A DNA stretch of 64,000 nt from an uncultured virus (IMG/VR IMGVR_UViG_3300001605_000002) (taxonomy: Duplodnaviria > Heunggongvirae > Uroviricota > Caudoviricetes), in the IMG/VR virus record IMGVR_UViG_3300001605_000002, positions 1-64,000 of that record, one strand, 5' to 3'. Each line of letters opens with the position of its first letter. The stretch's first letter is position 1. The notes under the pieces are model-generated. The model ran no database searches. It saw only the letters and a list, made by a program, of their open reading frames with translations, and had not been told where the DNA came from. The position numbers and the translations under genes are program-made. Shown here in pieces: positions 27,479-36,873 of the stretch.

Positions 27479-27558
27479 CGAGACCCTGTAGCCAGGCGAA
27501 CGTCCAGGTTCCTACCTGGAATGCCGGCAACGGCTAGCGTCTACGGGGTCTCGTTCTT
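27479..27558 (+). terminator. branched hairpin / terminator-like element after the MCP
   Basis: 13-bp closing stem CGAGACCCTGTAG/CTACGGGGTCTCG followed by TTCTTTC, enclosing two smaller hairpins. Confidence 0.5.
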
Positions 27559-27583
27559 TCATCTCGAACCGGAGCGTCCGACC

Positions 27584-28126
27584 ATGACGAAGAAGAAGAA
27601 CCAGACCGCTACTCCCCCGGCCGCCGAGCCGAAGGTCTTCCCGGCCGGCTCCGCGAAGGCCCGCGAGGTCGTCACCGTCGGGCTCAAGTCGCCGAACGGC
27701 CTATTGCTCCGCCTCTTCGATCAGGTCGACAATCCGGTCCCGGTTCTCGGCGGCGGCACCCGCATGGAGAAGCGCGCCGTCCAGGTCGGTGACATGGTCC
27801 GCCTTCACGGCGCGGCCGTTCCCGTCGGCGTCGCGCCGGTCGCGCTCATCGTCGGCGGCTACGCGCTCACGCCGAACGTCGATAAGGCGTTCATCGAGCG
27901 GTGGCTCGAGCAGAACAAGGACCACGACGTCGTCCGCAACAACCTCATCTTCGTCTCGAAGTCGCGTGACAGCGCGATGGACCAGGCGAAGGAGCAGGCC
28001 GGCGTCCGGTCGGGCCTCGAGGCGCTCGCCCAGGATCCAAAGCAGGACCCGCGCACGCCGAAGGGCCCCATGCCGAAGAACGTCACCGGCATCGAGAAGT
28101 CGGACCTCATCCCCGCGGAGGCGTAA
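27584..28126 (+). CDS. conserved virion-associated hypothetical protein
   Basis: VTVGLKSPNGLLL, GGYALTPNVDKAF..WLEQN, SGLE.L; post-MCP position. Confidence 0.7.
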   Translation: MTKKKNQTATPPAAEPKVFPAGSAKAREVVTVGLKSPNGLLLRLFDQVDNPVPVLGGGTRMEKRAVQVGDMVRLHGAAVPVGVAPVALIVGGYALTPNVDKAFIERWLEQNKDHDVVRNNLIFVSKSRDSAMDQAKEQAGVRSGLEALAQDPKQDPRTPKGPMPKNVTGIEKSDLIPAEA

Positions 28127-28133
28127 GCCCTCG

Positions 28134-28580
28134 ATGGCCGGCGTCATCGTCACGTTCGACCCGGCCGCCTTCAAGGCTCGCTACCCCGAATTTGCCGGGG
28201 TAGAAAACGGCACCCTCGAGCTCTACTTCGCCGAGGCGACGATTTATCACCGCAACGACGGGACCGGGCCCGTCAGCACGGCGGCGGTCCAGAGCTCGCT
28301 CCTCAACATGCTGACGGCCCACATCGCGGCGCGCTACGCGACCGTCGCCGGCGTCGCGCCCTCGAACCTGGTCGGCCGCATCTCGCAGGCGACCCAGGGC
28401 AGTGTGACGGTCGCGGCCGACTACGGGACGACGCAATCCGAGAACGAGGCCTGGTACAATCAAACGAAGTACGGCGCCGACTATTGGCGGGCGACCGCCA
28501 TCTTCCGGGGCTTCCACTACGTCACGGGCGGCCGCTTTCCTCGAGGCGGGCGCGGCTTCGGCTTCTACGGCCGCAGGTGA
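28134..28580 (+). CDS. head-tail connector (DUF4054)
   Basis: FDPAAFKARYPEF, LTAHIA, VGRISQATQGSV, WYNQTKYG..YW. Confidence 0.85.
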   Translation: MAGVIVTFDPAAFKARYPEFAGVENGTLELYFAEATIYHRNDGTGPVSTAAVQSSLLNMLTAHIAARYATVAGVAPSNLVGRISQATQGSVTVAADYGTTQSENEAWYNQTKYGADYWRATAIFRGFHYVTGGRFPRGGRGFGFYGRR

Positions 28581-28584
28581 CCGC

Positions 28585-29025
28585 ATGGCCACGCTCAGGG
28601 GCGGCGACAAGCTGGCGGCCTATCTCGCGAACCTCTCTCAAAAGGTAGCGACCGGCGGCGTCGTCCAGGTCGGCTTCCTCGAGAACGCGACCTACCCCGA
28701 CGGGACCTCGGTCGCGATGGTCGCGGCGGTCAACGATTGGGGCCACGGTGACACGCCCTCGAGGCCGTTCTTCCGCAACATGATCGCGGAGAAGGAGGAC
28801 GGGTGGGGACCGGCCATGGGCAAGATGCTCAAGACGACCGACTACAACGTCGTCGCGACGCTTCGCTACATGGGCGACGGGATCAAGGGCCAGCTCCAGA
28901 CGTCAATCCTAGATTTGTGGGCTCCGCCGCTCGCGGCCTCTACCGTGAAGAAGAAGGGCTTTGACAAACCGCTCATCGACACGTCACACATGATCAACAG
29001 CGCCGACTACCGCGTGAAGACCTAA
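28585..29025 (+). CDS. neck / tail completion protein
   Basis: VGFLENATYPDG, PSRPFFR, PPLAASTVKKKGFDKPLIDT. Confidence 0.8.
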   Translation: MATLRGGDKLAAYLANLSQKVATGGVVQVGFLENATYPDGTSVAMVAAVNDWGHGDTPSRPFFRNMIAEKEDGWGPAMGKMLKTTDYNVVATLRYMGDGIKGQLQTSILDLWAPPLAASTVKKKGFDKPLIDTSHMINSADYRVKT

Positions 29026-29039
29026 CCCAGGAGCGACCC

Positions 29040-29534
29040 ATGCGAACCTCGATGAAGACCGTCCTAGTTGCTGCGGCCGTCGCCGCCGTGCTCTCGCTTC
29101 CGGCCCTCGCCGCGAACACGTCGCTGTTCTCGAGCCGCATCGGTGACATAGTTTTTCCGTTCGGAGCCCCGTCGTCGGCCGGAGCCAACGGCACGATTGG
29201 CGATCCGACGCGCGGCGGCATGGCCCCGGTCAACGGCAACCTCTCTTACGTGAAGTCGGTCCCTTCGACCGGGTTCTCTTTGACCTTCGACACCTACCAG
29301 CGCCAACTTCTTTTGAAGCCCGCCGGGACTCTCGCCGCCGGCTACGTGACGATGGCGCCGAACCCGATTGACGGGACCGAGGCCTGCATCTTCTCGACGC
29401 AAATCATCACCGCTCTGTACGTCAGCGCGAACACCGGGCAGACGATCAACGACGCGGTGACCACGCTCGCCGCGAATGCCAAGGTTTGCTACACCTACAG
29501 CCTCTCGAACACGACCTGGGATCGGTCGAAGTAA
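29040..29534 (+). CDS. putative exported protein with virion-like beta domain
   Basis: Signal MKTVLVAAAVAAVLSLPALA; LLLKPAGTLAAG.VT..P.P.DG...IFSTQ.ITAL. Confidence 0.7.
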   Translation: MRTSMKTVLVAAAVAAVLSLPALAANTSLFSSRIGDIVFPFGAPSSAGANGTIGDPTRGGMAPVNGNLSYVKSVPSTGFSLTFDTYQRQLLLKPAGTLAAGYVTMAPNPIDGTEACIFSTQIITALYVSANTGQTINDAVTTLAANAKVCYTYSLSNTTWDRSK

Positions 29535-29542
29535 AGTCGGCG

Positions 29543-30754
29543 ATGTGGGGCTTCGTTCTCCGCAATCGAATGGCGGCCGCGGCGTTCTGCGTCGCGGCCG
29601 CATATTGCCCCGGCATCTTCGCCGGCGGCTCGTCGCCCCGATGGTGGGTCATCGCCGTCGGGGTTCCGCTCGCGTCCGACGTCGACCCCCGCAAGATGTC
29701 CCCGCCGATTGCTCTCCTCCTTCTCGCCGGGCTCCTCGCGGCGGCGGCCTCCGCGTGGACGTCGCCGGACCCTAGAGCGGCCGGTCTCGAGCTTTTCTTC
29801 TTGTCGCTCCTCGCCCTAACCATGGTCGCGGCCGCAGGCCTCGAGGACCTCGACCCGGTCATTGCGGCGTTCGGTTGGGGCGTCGCGGTCTCGTCGCCCA
29901 TCGTCATCATGCAGGCGATGGGGTGGTCGCCCGTTTACCAGCTCGGCGCGCCGGCCGGCACGTTCATGAACTCGGAGGTCTTGGCCGAGACCGCCGCCCC
30001 GGTCTTGGCCTGGGCCGCTTGGAAGCATCGATGGGCGCTCGCGTCGGCGACGTCGGTCCCGCTTCTCCTTTGCCACTCTCGAATCGGTATCGTCGCGGTC
30101 GTCGTCGGGCTGGTCGCGGGGTGGCGCCCGGTCGTCCGCTGGCTTCGGCCGGCCGCGCTCGGCTGCGCGCTCCTCGCCGGCGTCGTCGCCCTGGGGGCCT
30201 TCGGCATAGACAAGGCGGCCTCGGGTTTAACCCGAGTGGTTCTGTGGCTCACGGCGGTTGCCCTGGTCGAGCCGGCGGGGCGCGGGCTCGGATGGTGGGC
30301 GGCAGCTCACCCCGGGTCACTCGAAGAGTTCGCTCATAGCGACGCGCTGCAGTTCATGGTAGAGCTCGGCGTCGGCGTCATGTTCTTCGTCGCCATCGTC
30401 GCCATGCTGATTGCGCGGCGATTCTTCGCAAGTCGAGGGGAGATAGCCGCCGGTGCCGCCATCTTGTTTGAGACCGCCGTCAGCTTTCCGCTTCATTTTC
30501 CGGCGACCGGATTTTTGGCTGCGGTTTTGGCGGGCTTCTTGGCTCGTCGTCGGCTTGACGTTTGCCTCGTCGAACCTCTACGCCGAGCGGGCCCTGGCCC
30601 GGCTCTTCGATGGGGTCGAGCACCCGTCGACGCAGTGGGCGGCTTCGGCGAGGGCGGTCCTGGTGATTTTCCCCTACGATCGGCATTTGCGGGCGACGGC
30701 GCGCGCCATCTTGAACCGGGCCGAGCCGGCGAATTAAAGGGAACGGCGGCGTGA
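29543..30754 (+). CDS. O-antigen ligase/polymerase-like (Wzy_C) polytopic membrane protein
   Basis: About 11-12 hydrophobic segments; GTF.N, SR.G, R..LW, G.GLG, AHSD.LQ..VELG.G and SFPLH motifs. Confidence 0.75.
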   Translation: MWGFVLRNRMAAAAFCVAAAYCPGIFAGGSSPRWWVIAVGVPLASDVDPRKMSPPIALLLLAGLLAAAASAWTSPDPRAAGLELFFLSLLALTMVAAAGLEDLDPVIAAFGWGVAVSSPIVIMQAMGWSPVYQLGAPAGTFMNSEVLAETAAPVLAWAAWKHRWALASATSVPLLLCHSRIGIVAVVVGLVAGWRPVVRWLRPAALGCALLAGVVALGAFGIDKAASGLTRVVLWLTAVALVEPAGRGLGWWAAAHPGSLEEFAHSDALQFMVELGVGVMFFVAIVAMLIARRFFASRGEIAAGAAILFETAVSFPLHFPATGFLAAVLAGFLARRRLDVCLVEPLRRAGPGPALRWGRAPVDAVGGFGEGGPGDFPLRSAFAGDGARHLEPGRAGELKGTAA

Positions 30755-31326
30755 ACCTCAACAGCATCGCGGGAGCCGCGGTCCAGGCCATCAGGCCTTC
30801 GGTTCTCGGCTCCGTGCGGGTGAGTACCGGCTACACGACGAACGACGACTTCTCGAGGACGCCGACCTATCGCGACGTCGCCGGCGTTCCCATGTGGGTC
30901 GACGCCCTGACATACAAGGACATCATCCAGGTCGACGGCCTGAACTTGAACGGCACCCGCCGGGCGATCTACATAAACGGGAAGGTCGACGGCCTGGTCC
31001 GGCCCGAGAACAAAGGCGGCGACCTGATCACGCTCCCGACGGCGGTCTTCGTCGGTGCCATCGCGGCGGACGTCTTGACCGTCACGTCGATTGCCCGGGG
31101 CGTCCTCTCGGTCGGCGACCTGGTCTCGGGCGACGACGTCGCCGACGCGACGCACGTCTCGGCCGTCTTGACCGGCATCGGCGGGGTCGGAACCTACCGG
31201 CTCGACGTCGCCCAGGACCTCGCCTCGCAGGACCTCGCCACCGGCCAAGTGTGGCTCGTCGCAATGGTCCTCGAGCAGTGGGGCGAGTGGTGCAAGGTCG
31301 CGGCAACGCTCCAGAACGGATCTTGA
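30751..31326 (+). CDS. head closure / head-tail adaptor protein with inserted beta module
   Basis: NLNSIA...STGY, GLVRPE.KGGDLI, WLV..VLEQW.EWCKV..TLQ. Confidence 0.75.
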   Translation: MNLNSIAGAAVQAIRPSVLGSVRVSTGYTTNDDFSRTPTYRDVAGVPMWVDALTYKDIIQVDGLNLNGTRRAIYINGKVDGLVRPENKGGDLITLPTAVFVGAIAADVLTVTSIARGVLSVGDLVSGDDVADATHVSAVLTGIGGVGTYRLDVAQDLASQDLATGQVWLVAMVLEQWGEWCKVAATLQNGS

Positions 31327-31378
31327 GAGCGGCGGCCTTTGCATTGTGCTGAGGCCGTTCTCGGTGTAGTGGATATTC

Positions 31379-32114
31379 ATGGCGCTCGCGGTCTCTCCCA
31401 CCGAGTCTTTGATGTTCAAGGTCGCTTGGCAACGTCTTGACGACGCTCGTCGGGATTCCGAGTCGTCCAGGGCCAGCAGAACCGCGTCGCCGAGCCGAAG
31501 CCGGTCGACTTCCGTGACGATCGACCGCCATGCGCAAGCCCCGCCTCGGGACCAACCTCGACGAGCTCGCCGACGTTCTCTTCACCGGCTCGGTCGCCGC
31601 CACGACCATGACCGTGACCGACGTCGTTCGGGGAACGATCATCGTCGGGGCGACGGTCTTCGGCGTCGCCGTAACCGACGACACGAAGGTCCTCGCGCAG
31701 CTCACGTCAACCGGCGACCCCGGCGGCCTCGGGACCTACAAGCTCTCGAAGAGTCAGACGGTCGCGAGCCGCAAGCTTTCTGCCGGCGGCAAGAACATGA
31801 CCCAGCCGTCGATGGTCGTCGTTCAGGTCGACGTGCACGGGCCCGAATCCGGCGACAACTCGTCGATCATCTCGACGGCGTTCCGCGACGAGTACGCGGT
31901 CCGCCTCTTCGAGGAGCAGGGCATCGTCGGCATCACGCCGCTCTACGCGGACGACCCGCGCCAGTCGCCGTTCTCAAACGACCAGAACCAGACCGAAAAC
32001 CGATGGATCATCGAGGCGGCCCTCCAGGTCGAGTCGATGGTCCGCGTTCCGCAGCAATTCGCCGACGCGGTCGTCGTCGGGCTAATCGACGTCGACGCCA
32101 CCTATCCACCGTGA
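31379..32114 (+). CDS. neck / tail terminator protein (5' part frameshifted)
   Basis: QGQQNRVAEP in a shifted frame; RLGTN, QVDVHGP, PLYADDPRQ.PF.N..Q.E.RW. Confidence 0.75.
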
Positions 32115-32124
32115 GGGTCCGAAC

Positions 32125-33630
32125 ATGAGCACGATTCCCGCAAATAAAATCGTCGACGTCGTTCCGAACGTCTTGCCCGCCGGCGGCAACGCGCTCGTTT
32201 TGAACGGCCTCTTCCTCTCGACGGCCGCCCGCGTCCCGATTGGAAGCGTCGCGTCCTTCGGCTCGGCGACGGCGGTCAAGGCCTACTTCGGCTCTAGCTC
32301 GGACGAGGCCAACGCCTCCGATATTTACTTCCGGGGCTACAACAACTCGCGGCGCAAGCCCGGCGCGATGCTTTTCGCGCAGTACCCGGCCTCGGCCGCG
32401 TCCGGCTTCGTTCGGGGCGGCCGCTCGGGCCTGACCTTGGCGCAACTCCAGGCGATCACGCCGGGCACGCTCACGGTCGTCGTCGGCGGCGTGAGCAAGA
32501 CCTCGAGTTCGGTCGACCTTTCGGCCGCGACCTCGTTCTCGAACGCGGCGACGATCATCACGGCGGCCTTTACCGCTCCGGGCTTCGCCGTGACCTACGA
32601 CAGCGTCTCGGGCGCGTTTTTGATCACGTCGACGGCGACCGGCGTCGCCGCGACAATCGCCCTGCCGACCGTCAACGCGTTCGCAACCGCGCTCTTCCTG
32701 ACCGCCGCGACCGGCGCCGTCGCCTCGCAGGGAGCCGACGCGGCCGTCCCGGGCACGTTCATGGACGCGCTCGTCCTGGTAAATCAGAATTGGGCGTCGT
32801 TCACGACCATCTTTAATCCGGACACGAGCGGGGTTATCACCAACAAGCTCGCGTTCGCCGCCTGGAACAACGCCCAAGACGATTCCTTCCTCTACGCCGG
32901 GTGGGACCCCGACTCGACCGGGACGGGCACGTTCCCGCAGACGGCCTCGTTCGGCTACGCGGTCACCATCACCAACGAGTATTCGGGTACGATGCCGATT
33001 TACTCGCCGGACAACAGCAAGGCGGTCTTCGCCTGCGCGATTGCCGCGTCGATCGACTTCACGGCGACCAACGGTCGAACGACCTTCGCCTTCCGCGGGC
33101 AATCGGGCCTGGTCGCCGACGTCACCGACGAGACGACGGGCGATAACCTCATCGCGAACGGCTATAACTTCTATGGCGCCTACGCGACGCGGAACGACCA
33201 GTTCGTGTTGTTCTACCCGGGATCGATCTCGGGACCGTTCCAATGGGCTGACAGCTACGTCAACCAAATCTGGATGAACAACGAGTTTCAGCTCGCGTTG
33301 ATGGTTCTCCTCCAGAATTCGCCGTCGGTCCCGTACAATTACGCGGGCCGCGCCCTCATCCAGGCGGCGTGCGCCGACCCGATCAACGCGGCGGCAAACT
33401 TCGGCGCCTTCCGCCCGGGCGTGACGCTCTCCGAGCTGCAGAAGGCCGAGGTCAACGCGGCCGCCGGCGTCGACATCTCGTCGGTCCTCCAGACGGTCGG
33501 TTGCTTCCTCCAGGTCAAGGACTCGTCGCCGTCGACCAGAGCCGCCCGCGAATCGCCGCCGTGCACGTTCTGGTACATGGACGGCGGCAGCGTTCAAAAA
33601 ATCGTGCTCGTCAGCACCGAAGTTCAGTAA
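32125..33630 (+). CDS. tail sheath protein (DUF3383)
   Basis: STIPA.KIVDV.P.VL, QNWASF, ASIDF, NGYNFYGAYAT, WYMDGGSVQ.I. Confidence 0.9.
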   Translation: MSTIPANKIVDVVPNVLPAGGNALVLNGLFLSTAARVPIGSVASFGSATAVKAYFGSSSDEANASDIYFRGYNNSRRKPGAMLFAQYPASAASGFVRGGRSGLTLAQLQAITPGTLTVVVGGVSKTSSSVDLSAATSFSNAATIITAAFTAPGFAVTYDSVSGAFLITSTATGVAATIALPTVNAFATALFLTAATGAVASQGADAAVPGTFMDALVLVNQNWASFTTIFNPDTSGVITNKLAFAAWNNAQDDSFLYAGWDPDSTGTGTFPQTASFGYAVTITNEYSGTMPIYSPDNSKAVFACAIAASIDFTATNGRTTFAFRGQSGLVADVTDETTGDNLIANGYNFYGAYATRNDQFVLFYPGSISGPFQWADSYVNQIWMNNEFQLALMVLLQNSPSVPYNYAGRALIQAACADPINAAANFGAFRPGVTLSELQKAEVNAAAGVDISSVLQTVGCFLQVKDSSPSTRAARESPPCTFWYMDGGSVQKIVLVSTEVQ

Positions 33631-33642
33631 CGGGAGCGCCGC

Positions 33643-34071
33643 ATGTCCATCACCTCCGCAAATATCACCTTCTTGCTGGCCATCCCCGGCGTGTTCGACA
33701 CGCCGCAGCAAATCCAGAAGTTCTACACCGACGACATCTTCTCGACCGAGCCCATCCCGTCGGCCGAGGCGATAATGGGCGTCGACGGGAAGAAGGCCGC
33801 CGGCTTCATCTACGCGCTCGTCCCGATGAGCGTTCAGTTGATGGCCGACTCGCCGTCGAACGACGTCTTCGATGCCTGGATTGCCTCGCAGAAGGCCATC
33901 CAAGACAGCATCGACGCGAACGGCATCGTCATCTACCCGAGCCTCGGCAAGAAGTGGACGATGACGAACGGAACGCTCACGCTCTATCCGCCGACGCCGA
34001 ATGCGGGCAAGGTCCTCGCCGGTCGGAAGTACACGATCACTTGGGAATCGATGGACCCGTCGCCGATTTAA
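33643..34071 (+). CDS. tail tube protein (DUF3277-like)
   Basis: SITSAN, MGVDG, LMADSPS..FD.W, ITWE; follows the sheath. Confidence 0.85.
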   Translation: MSITSANITFLLAIPGVFDTPQQIQKFYTDDIFSTEPIPSAEAIMGVDGKKAAGFIYALVPMSVQLMADSPSNDVFDAWIASQKAIQDSIDANGIVIYPSLGKKWTMTNGTLTLYPPTPNAGKVLAGRKYTITWESMDPSPI

Positions 34072-34083
34072 GGAACGCCGCAA

Positions 34084-34524
34084 ATGTCCCGTCGCGAGAA
34101 GCTCGTTCCGATCACCGACGAGGGCCGGGACAAGGGCAAGCTCTTCGTCATCGTCGAGATGCCAGCGTCGCAGGGCGAATGGTGGGCCATCCGCGCGCTC
34201 CTCGCGCTCACGCGAGCCGGCGTCGAGATTCCGGAGAACCTCAAGGGCGCGGGTTGGGCCGGTCTCGCGACGCTCGGCTTCCGAGGCCTGCTTGGGCTCA
34301 AGGACGAAGACGTCAAGCCGCTCCTCGACGAAATGTGGACGAGTTGCGTCGGTCTCATCCCAAACCCGCAAGACCACCGGATTCGACGCGGCGCCGGCGA
34401 GATGAGCGTCGGACCGCTCGTCGAAGACGACGTTCAGGAAGTCATGACCCGGCTCCAACTTCGGGCGGAGGCCTTCACGCTCCACACGGGTTTTTCGATG
34501 GCCGACTTGAAGTCCAAGGACTGA
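34084..34524 (+). CDS. tail assembly chaperone (lambda G analogue)
   Basis: I..EGRDKGK.F.I.EM, PLLDEM..C, L.HTGF; between tube and tape measure. Confidence 0.8.
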   Translation: MSRREKLVPITDEGRDKGKLFVIVEMPASQGEWWAIRALLALTRAGVEIPENLKGAGWAGLATLGFRGLLGLKDEDVKPLLDEMWTSCVGLIPNPQDHRIRRGAGEMSVGPLVEDDVQEVMTRLQLRAEAFTLHTGFSMADLKSKD

Positions 34525-34730
34525 GCGACTTCGACGTCGGCCCAAACGTGCGGCTCGCCTCCTACGCGAACGTCGCGCCCAACATTGGAACGGTCGTCGC
34601 CTCGGGTAAGGCGACCCTCCTCGAGCTCGACACGGTCTACGGCGTCAAGGACCTCTACGACCTTTTGGAGATAATCGCGGTGAGCGGTAACAACCAAAGG
34701 GCCGTCAACAAGAAGCCGGGGACCGCCTGA
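34488..34730 (+). CDS. tail assembly chaperone -1 frameshift extension (lambda T analogue)
   Basis: Slippery G GGT TTT at 34488-34494; the -1 frame reads GFFDG...ATLLELDTVYGVKDLYDLLEI and stops at the tape-measure ATG. Confidence 0.75.
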   Translation, partial: GFFDGRLEVQGLSDFDVGPNVRLASYANVAPNIGTVVASGKATLLELDTVYGVKDLYDLLEIIAVSGNNQRAVNKKPGTA

Positions 34731-36301
34731 TGCCGACCGTCATCGATTCCCTCGTCGTCGAACTCGGGCTGGACCCGAAGAAGCTGAGCGTCGGCCAACG
34801 CGCGGCGCTCGACGAGTTCAAGAAGACCCAAGAGGCCGCGCTCAAGGGCGGCAAGGAAATGGAGGAGGCCGCCCGCAAGCAGGGCGCGGCGCTCTCGACG
34901 CTTAAGGGCCAGGCGCTCGGGGCCTTCGCGGTCTTCGCCGGCGGGCGCGGCCTCAAGGAGTTCGCCGCCTACCTCACGGCCTCGACGGTCGCGGTCGACC
35001 GCTTCTCGCGGCTCTACGGGCAAAGCCTCCAGACGGTCACGAAGTGGGGGAACGCCGCCGTCGTCACCGGCGGCTCGGCCGAGGGGATGCAGGGCTCCAT
35101 CCGGGGGCTCGTCCAGCAATTCCAGCAGTTCTCCATGACCGGCGAGAGCGCGGTCATCCCGTACTTCCGCGCGCTCGGCGTCGCGATCGCGGACGACACC
35201 GGCAAGATGAGGTCGATGGACGACATCCTCCTCGACCTCGCCGACAAATTCCACGGAATGGACCCGGCGAAGGCCGCCGCCTTCGGCAAGGCGCTCGGCC
35301 TCGACGAGGCGACCATCGACCTGCTCATCCGTGGGCGGGCCGCGCTCAAGCCGCTCCTCGACGAGATGGCGAAGATCGGCGGCGTGACCAAGAAGGACGC
35401 CGAGGCGAGCCGCGACCTCTACGAGCGGTGGGGCCTCCTGATCACGCGGGCCGAGCGCATGGGCCGCACGTTCATGACCTGGCTCGGACCCGGCATAGGG
35501 GCGGTCGCCGACTTCTTGAACCGCGACATCATGGAGCTGCTCGGGGCGAAGGACCGGGGCGTCGAGAAGCTCAAGGAGGCGTTCAAGGACAAGGGCATCG
35601 TCGGCGACCTCTCGCCGAGCGCGGCGCGCTACCACCCCGGTGCGGGCGCCGACACGAGCAACCGGCCGGCCATCGGGCAGGTCGGCAACTCGAAGAGCGG
35701 GAGCGACGTCGACAAGCTCGTCGCGATGGGATGGACCCGCGACCAGGCCATCGGCATCGCGGCGAACATTCAGCGGGAGAGCGCCGGAAACCATCAGGCG
35801 GTCGGCGACGGCGGCCGAGCGTTCGGCCTCGCGCAGTGGCACCCGGACCGGCAGGCGCGGTTCGCCCAATGGGCCGGCAAGGACATCAGGCAGTCGACCC
35901 GCGACGAGCAGCTCGCGTTCATAAACCACGAGCTCCGGAACGGCACCGAGAGGAAGGCCGGCGCCGCCCTGATGGGAGCGCGCTCGGCGGCCGAGGCCGC
36001 CTCCATCGTCTCGGAGAAGTACGAGCGCCCGGCCAATACGGCGGGCGAGAGCGCGTCGCGCGCCGCCCTCGCGACCGCGATGGCCTCGAAGCTCGCGAAC
36101 GTCCCGGCGGCCCCCGCGGCGGCCGGCGCGGCGGTGAGCAACGCGGACAATCGGAGCTCGTCGAGCTCGAGCTCGTCGATGTCGGTCGGCCAGGTCGTCG
36201 TGAACACCCAGGCGACCGACGGCCCGGGCGTCGCGCGTGACTTCAAAGCGGCGCTAGAGCATGATTCCTTCGCGACGCAAGCGAACAACGGGCAGCAGTA
36301 A
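34730..36301 (+). CDS. tape measure protein with phage tail lysozyme domain
   Basis: PTVIDSLVVELGLD N-terminus, Ala-rich helices, QAIGIAANIQRES...GDGG.AFGLAQW...YERP. Confidence 0.88.
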   Translation: MPTVIDSLVVELGLDPKKLSVGQRAALDEFKKTQEAALKGGKEMEEAARKQGAALSTLKGQALGAFAVFAGGRGLKEFAAYLTASTVAVDRFSRLYGQSLQTVTKWGNAAVVTGGSAEGMQGSIRGLVQQFQQFSMTGESAVIPYFRALGVAIADDTGKMRSMDDILLDLADKFHGMDPAKAAAFGKALGLDEATIDLLIRGRAALKPLLDEMAKIGGVTKKDAEASRDLYERWGLLITRAERMGRTFMTWLGPGIGAVADFLNRDIMELLGAKDRGVEKLKEAFKDKGIVGDLSPSAARYHPGAGADTSNRPAIGQVGNSKSGSDVDKLVAMGWTRDQAIGIAANIQRESAGNHQAVGDGGRAFGLAQWHPDRQARFAQWAGKDIRQSTRDEQLAFINHELRNGTERKAGAALMGARSAAEAASIVSEKYERPANTAGESASRAALATAMASKLANVPAAPAAAGAAVSNADNRSSSSSSSSMSVGQVVVNTQATDGPGVARDFKAALEHDSFATQANNGQQ

Positions 36302-36306
36302 AGCCG

Positions 36307-36870
36307 ATGGCCGACACCGAGCTCATGACCCAGGACGACTTCGGGCTCTTCGGCGCTCTCCCGCCGCCGTGGGGAATCTATCTCAACAACAACATCGTCG
36401 TTGAGCCCGACACGTTCTTGTCGTTCGGCTACGGCCGCGAGTGGGACCTCTCGACCTACCCGCTCGAGAAGGGCGCGTTCGAGACCTTCAACAAGGTCGA
36501 GACGCCGTTTCGGACGCTGATCCGGATGGCCGCCGGCGGCGCGCTCGCGAACCGTCAGGCGTTCCTCGCGTCGGTCGACGCCATCGCCGGGACGCTCGAG
36601 CTCTACGACGTCGTCACGCCGGAGAAGACCTACACGAGCGTCAACGTCCAGAAGCTCGAGGTCTTGAACCGGACGAACTCGCACGGCGCGGCGATGCTCG
36701 TCGTCGAGCTCCGGCTTTTGGAAATCCGGGTCACCGGCGCGACGACCTTCGCCTCGACGAAGACGCCCGGCGGCGCGAGCGCGGTCAACGGCGGGACCGT
36801 CCAAACGCAGGCGCCCGACTCGGCGGCGGCCGCGACGTTCAACGACCGCTTCTCGGCGGCGGGGAGCTGA
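36307..36870 (+). CDS. baseplate / distal tail protein
   Basis: WGIY, YPLEKGAF.TFNKV.TP, YDVVTPE.TY. Confidence 0.75.
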   Translation: MADTELMTQDDFGLFGALPPPWGIYLNNNIVVEPDTFLSFGYGREWDLSTYPLEKGAFETFNKVETPFRTLIRMAAGGALANRQAFLASVDAIAGTLELYDVVTPEKTYTSVNVQKLEVLNRTNSHGAAMLVVELRLLEIRVTGATTFASTKTPGGASAVNGGTVQTQAPDSAAAATFNDRFSAAGS

Positions 36871-36873
36871 CCG

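Noticed and set aside
27479..27553. HDV-like or hammerhead ribozyme after the MCP
   Set aside because: I could not build the nested double pseudoknot, and there is no CUGAUGA/GAAA core; kept only as a structured element.
21485..31378. Shared late-promoter motif TCGGTGT in the gaps near 21509 and 31361
   Set aside because: Only two short matches in GC-rich DNA; not distinguishable from chance.
32008..34545. Very long antisense and alternate-frame ORFs (845 aa here; also 9467-11323 and 56292-57977)
   Set aside because: Shadow ORFs of high-GC genes with biased codon use; Arg/Gly-rich, no motifs, and opposite well-supported genes.
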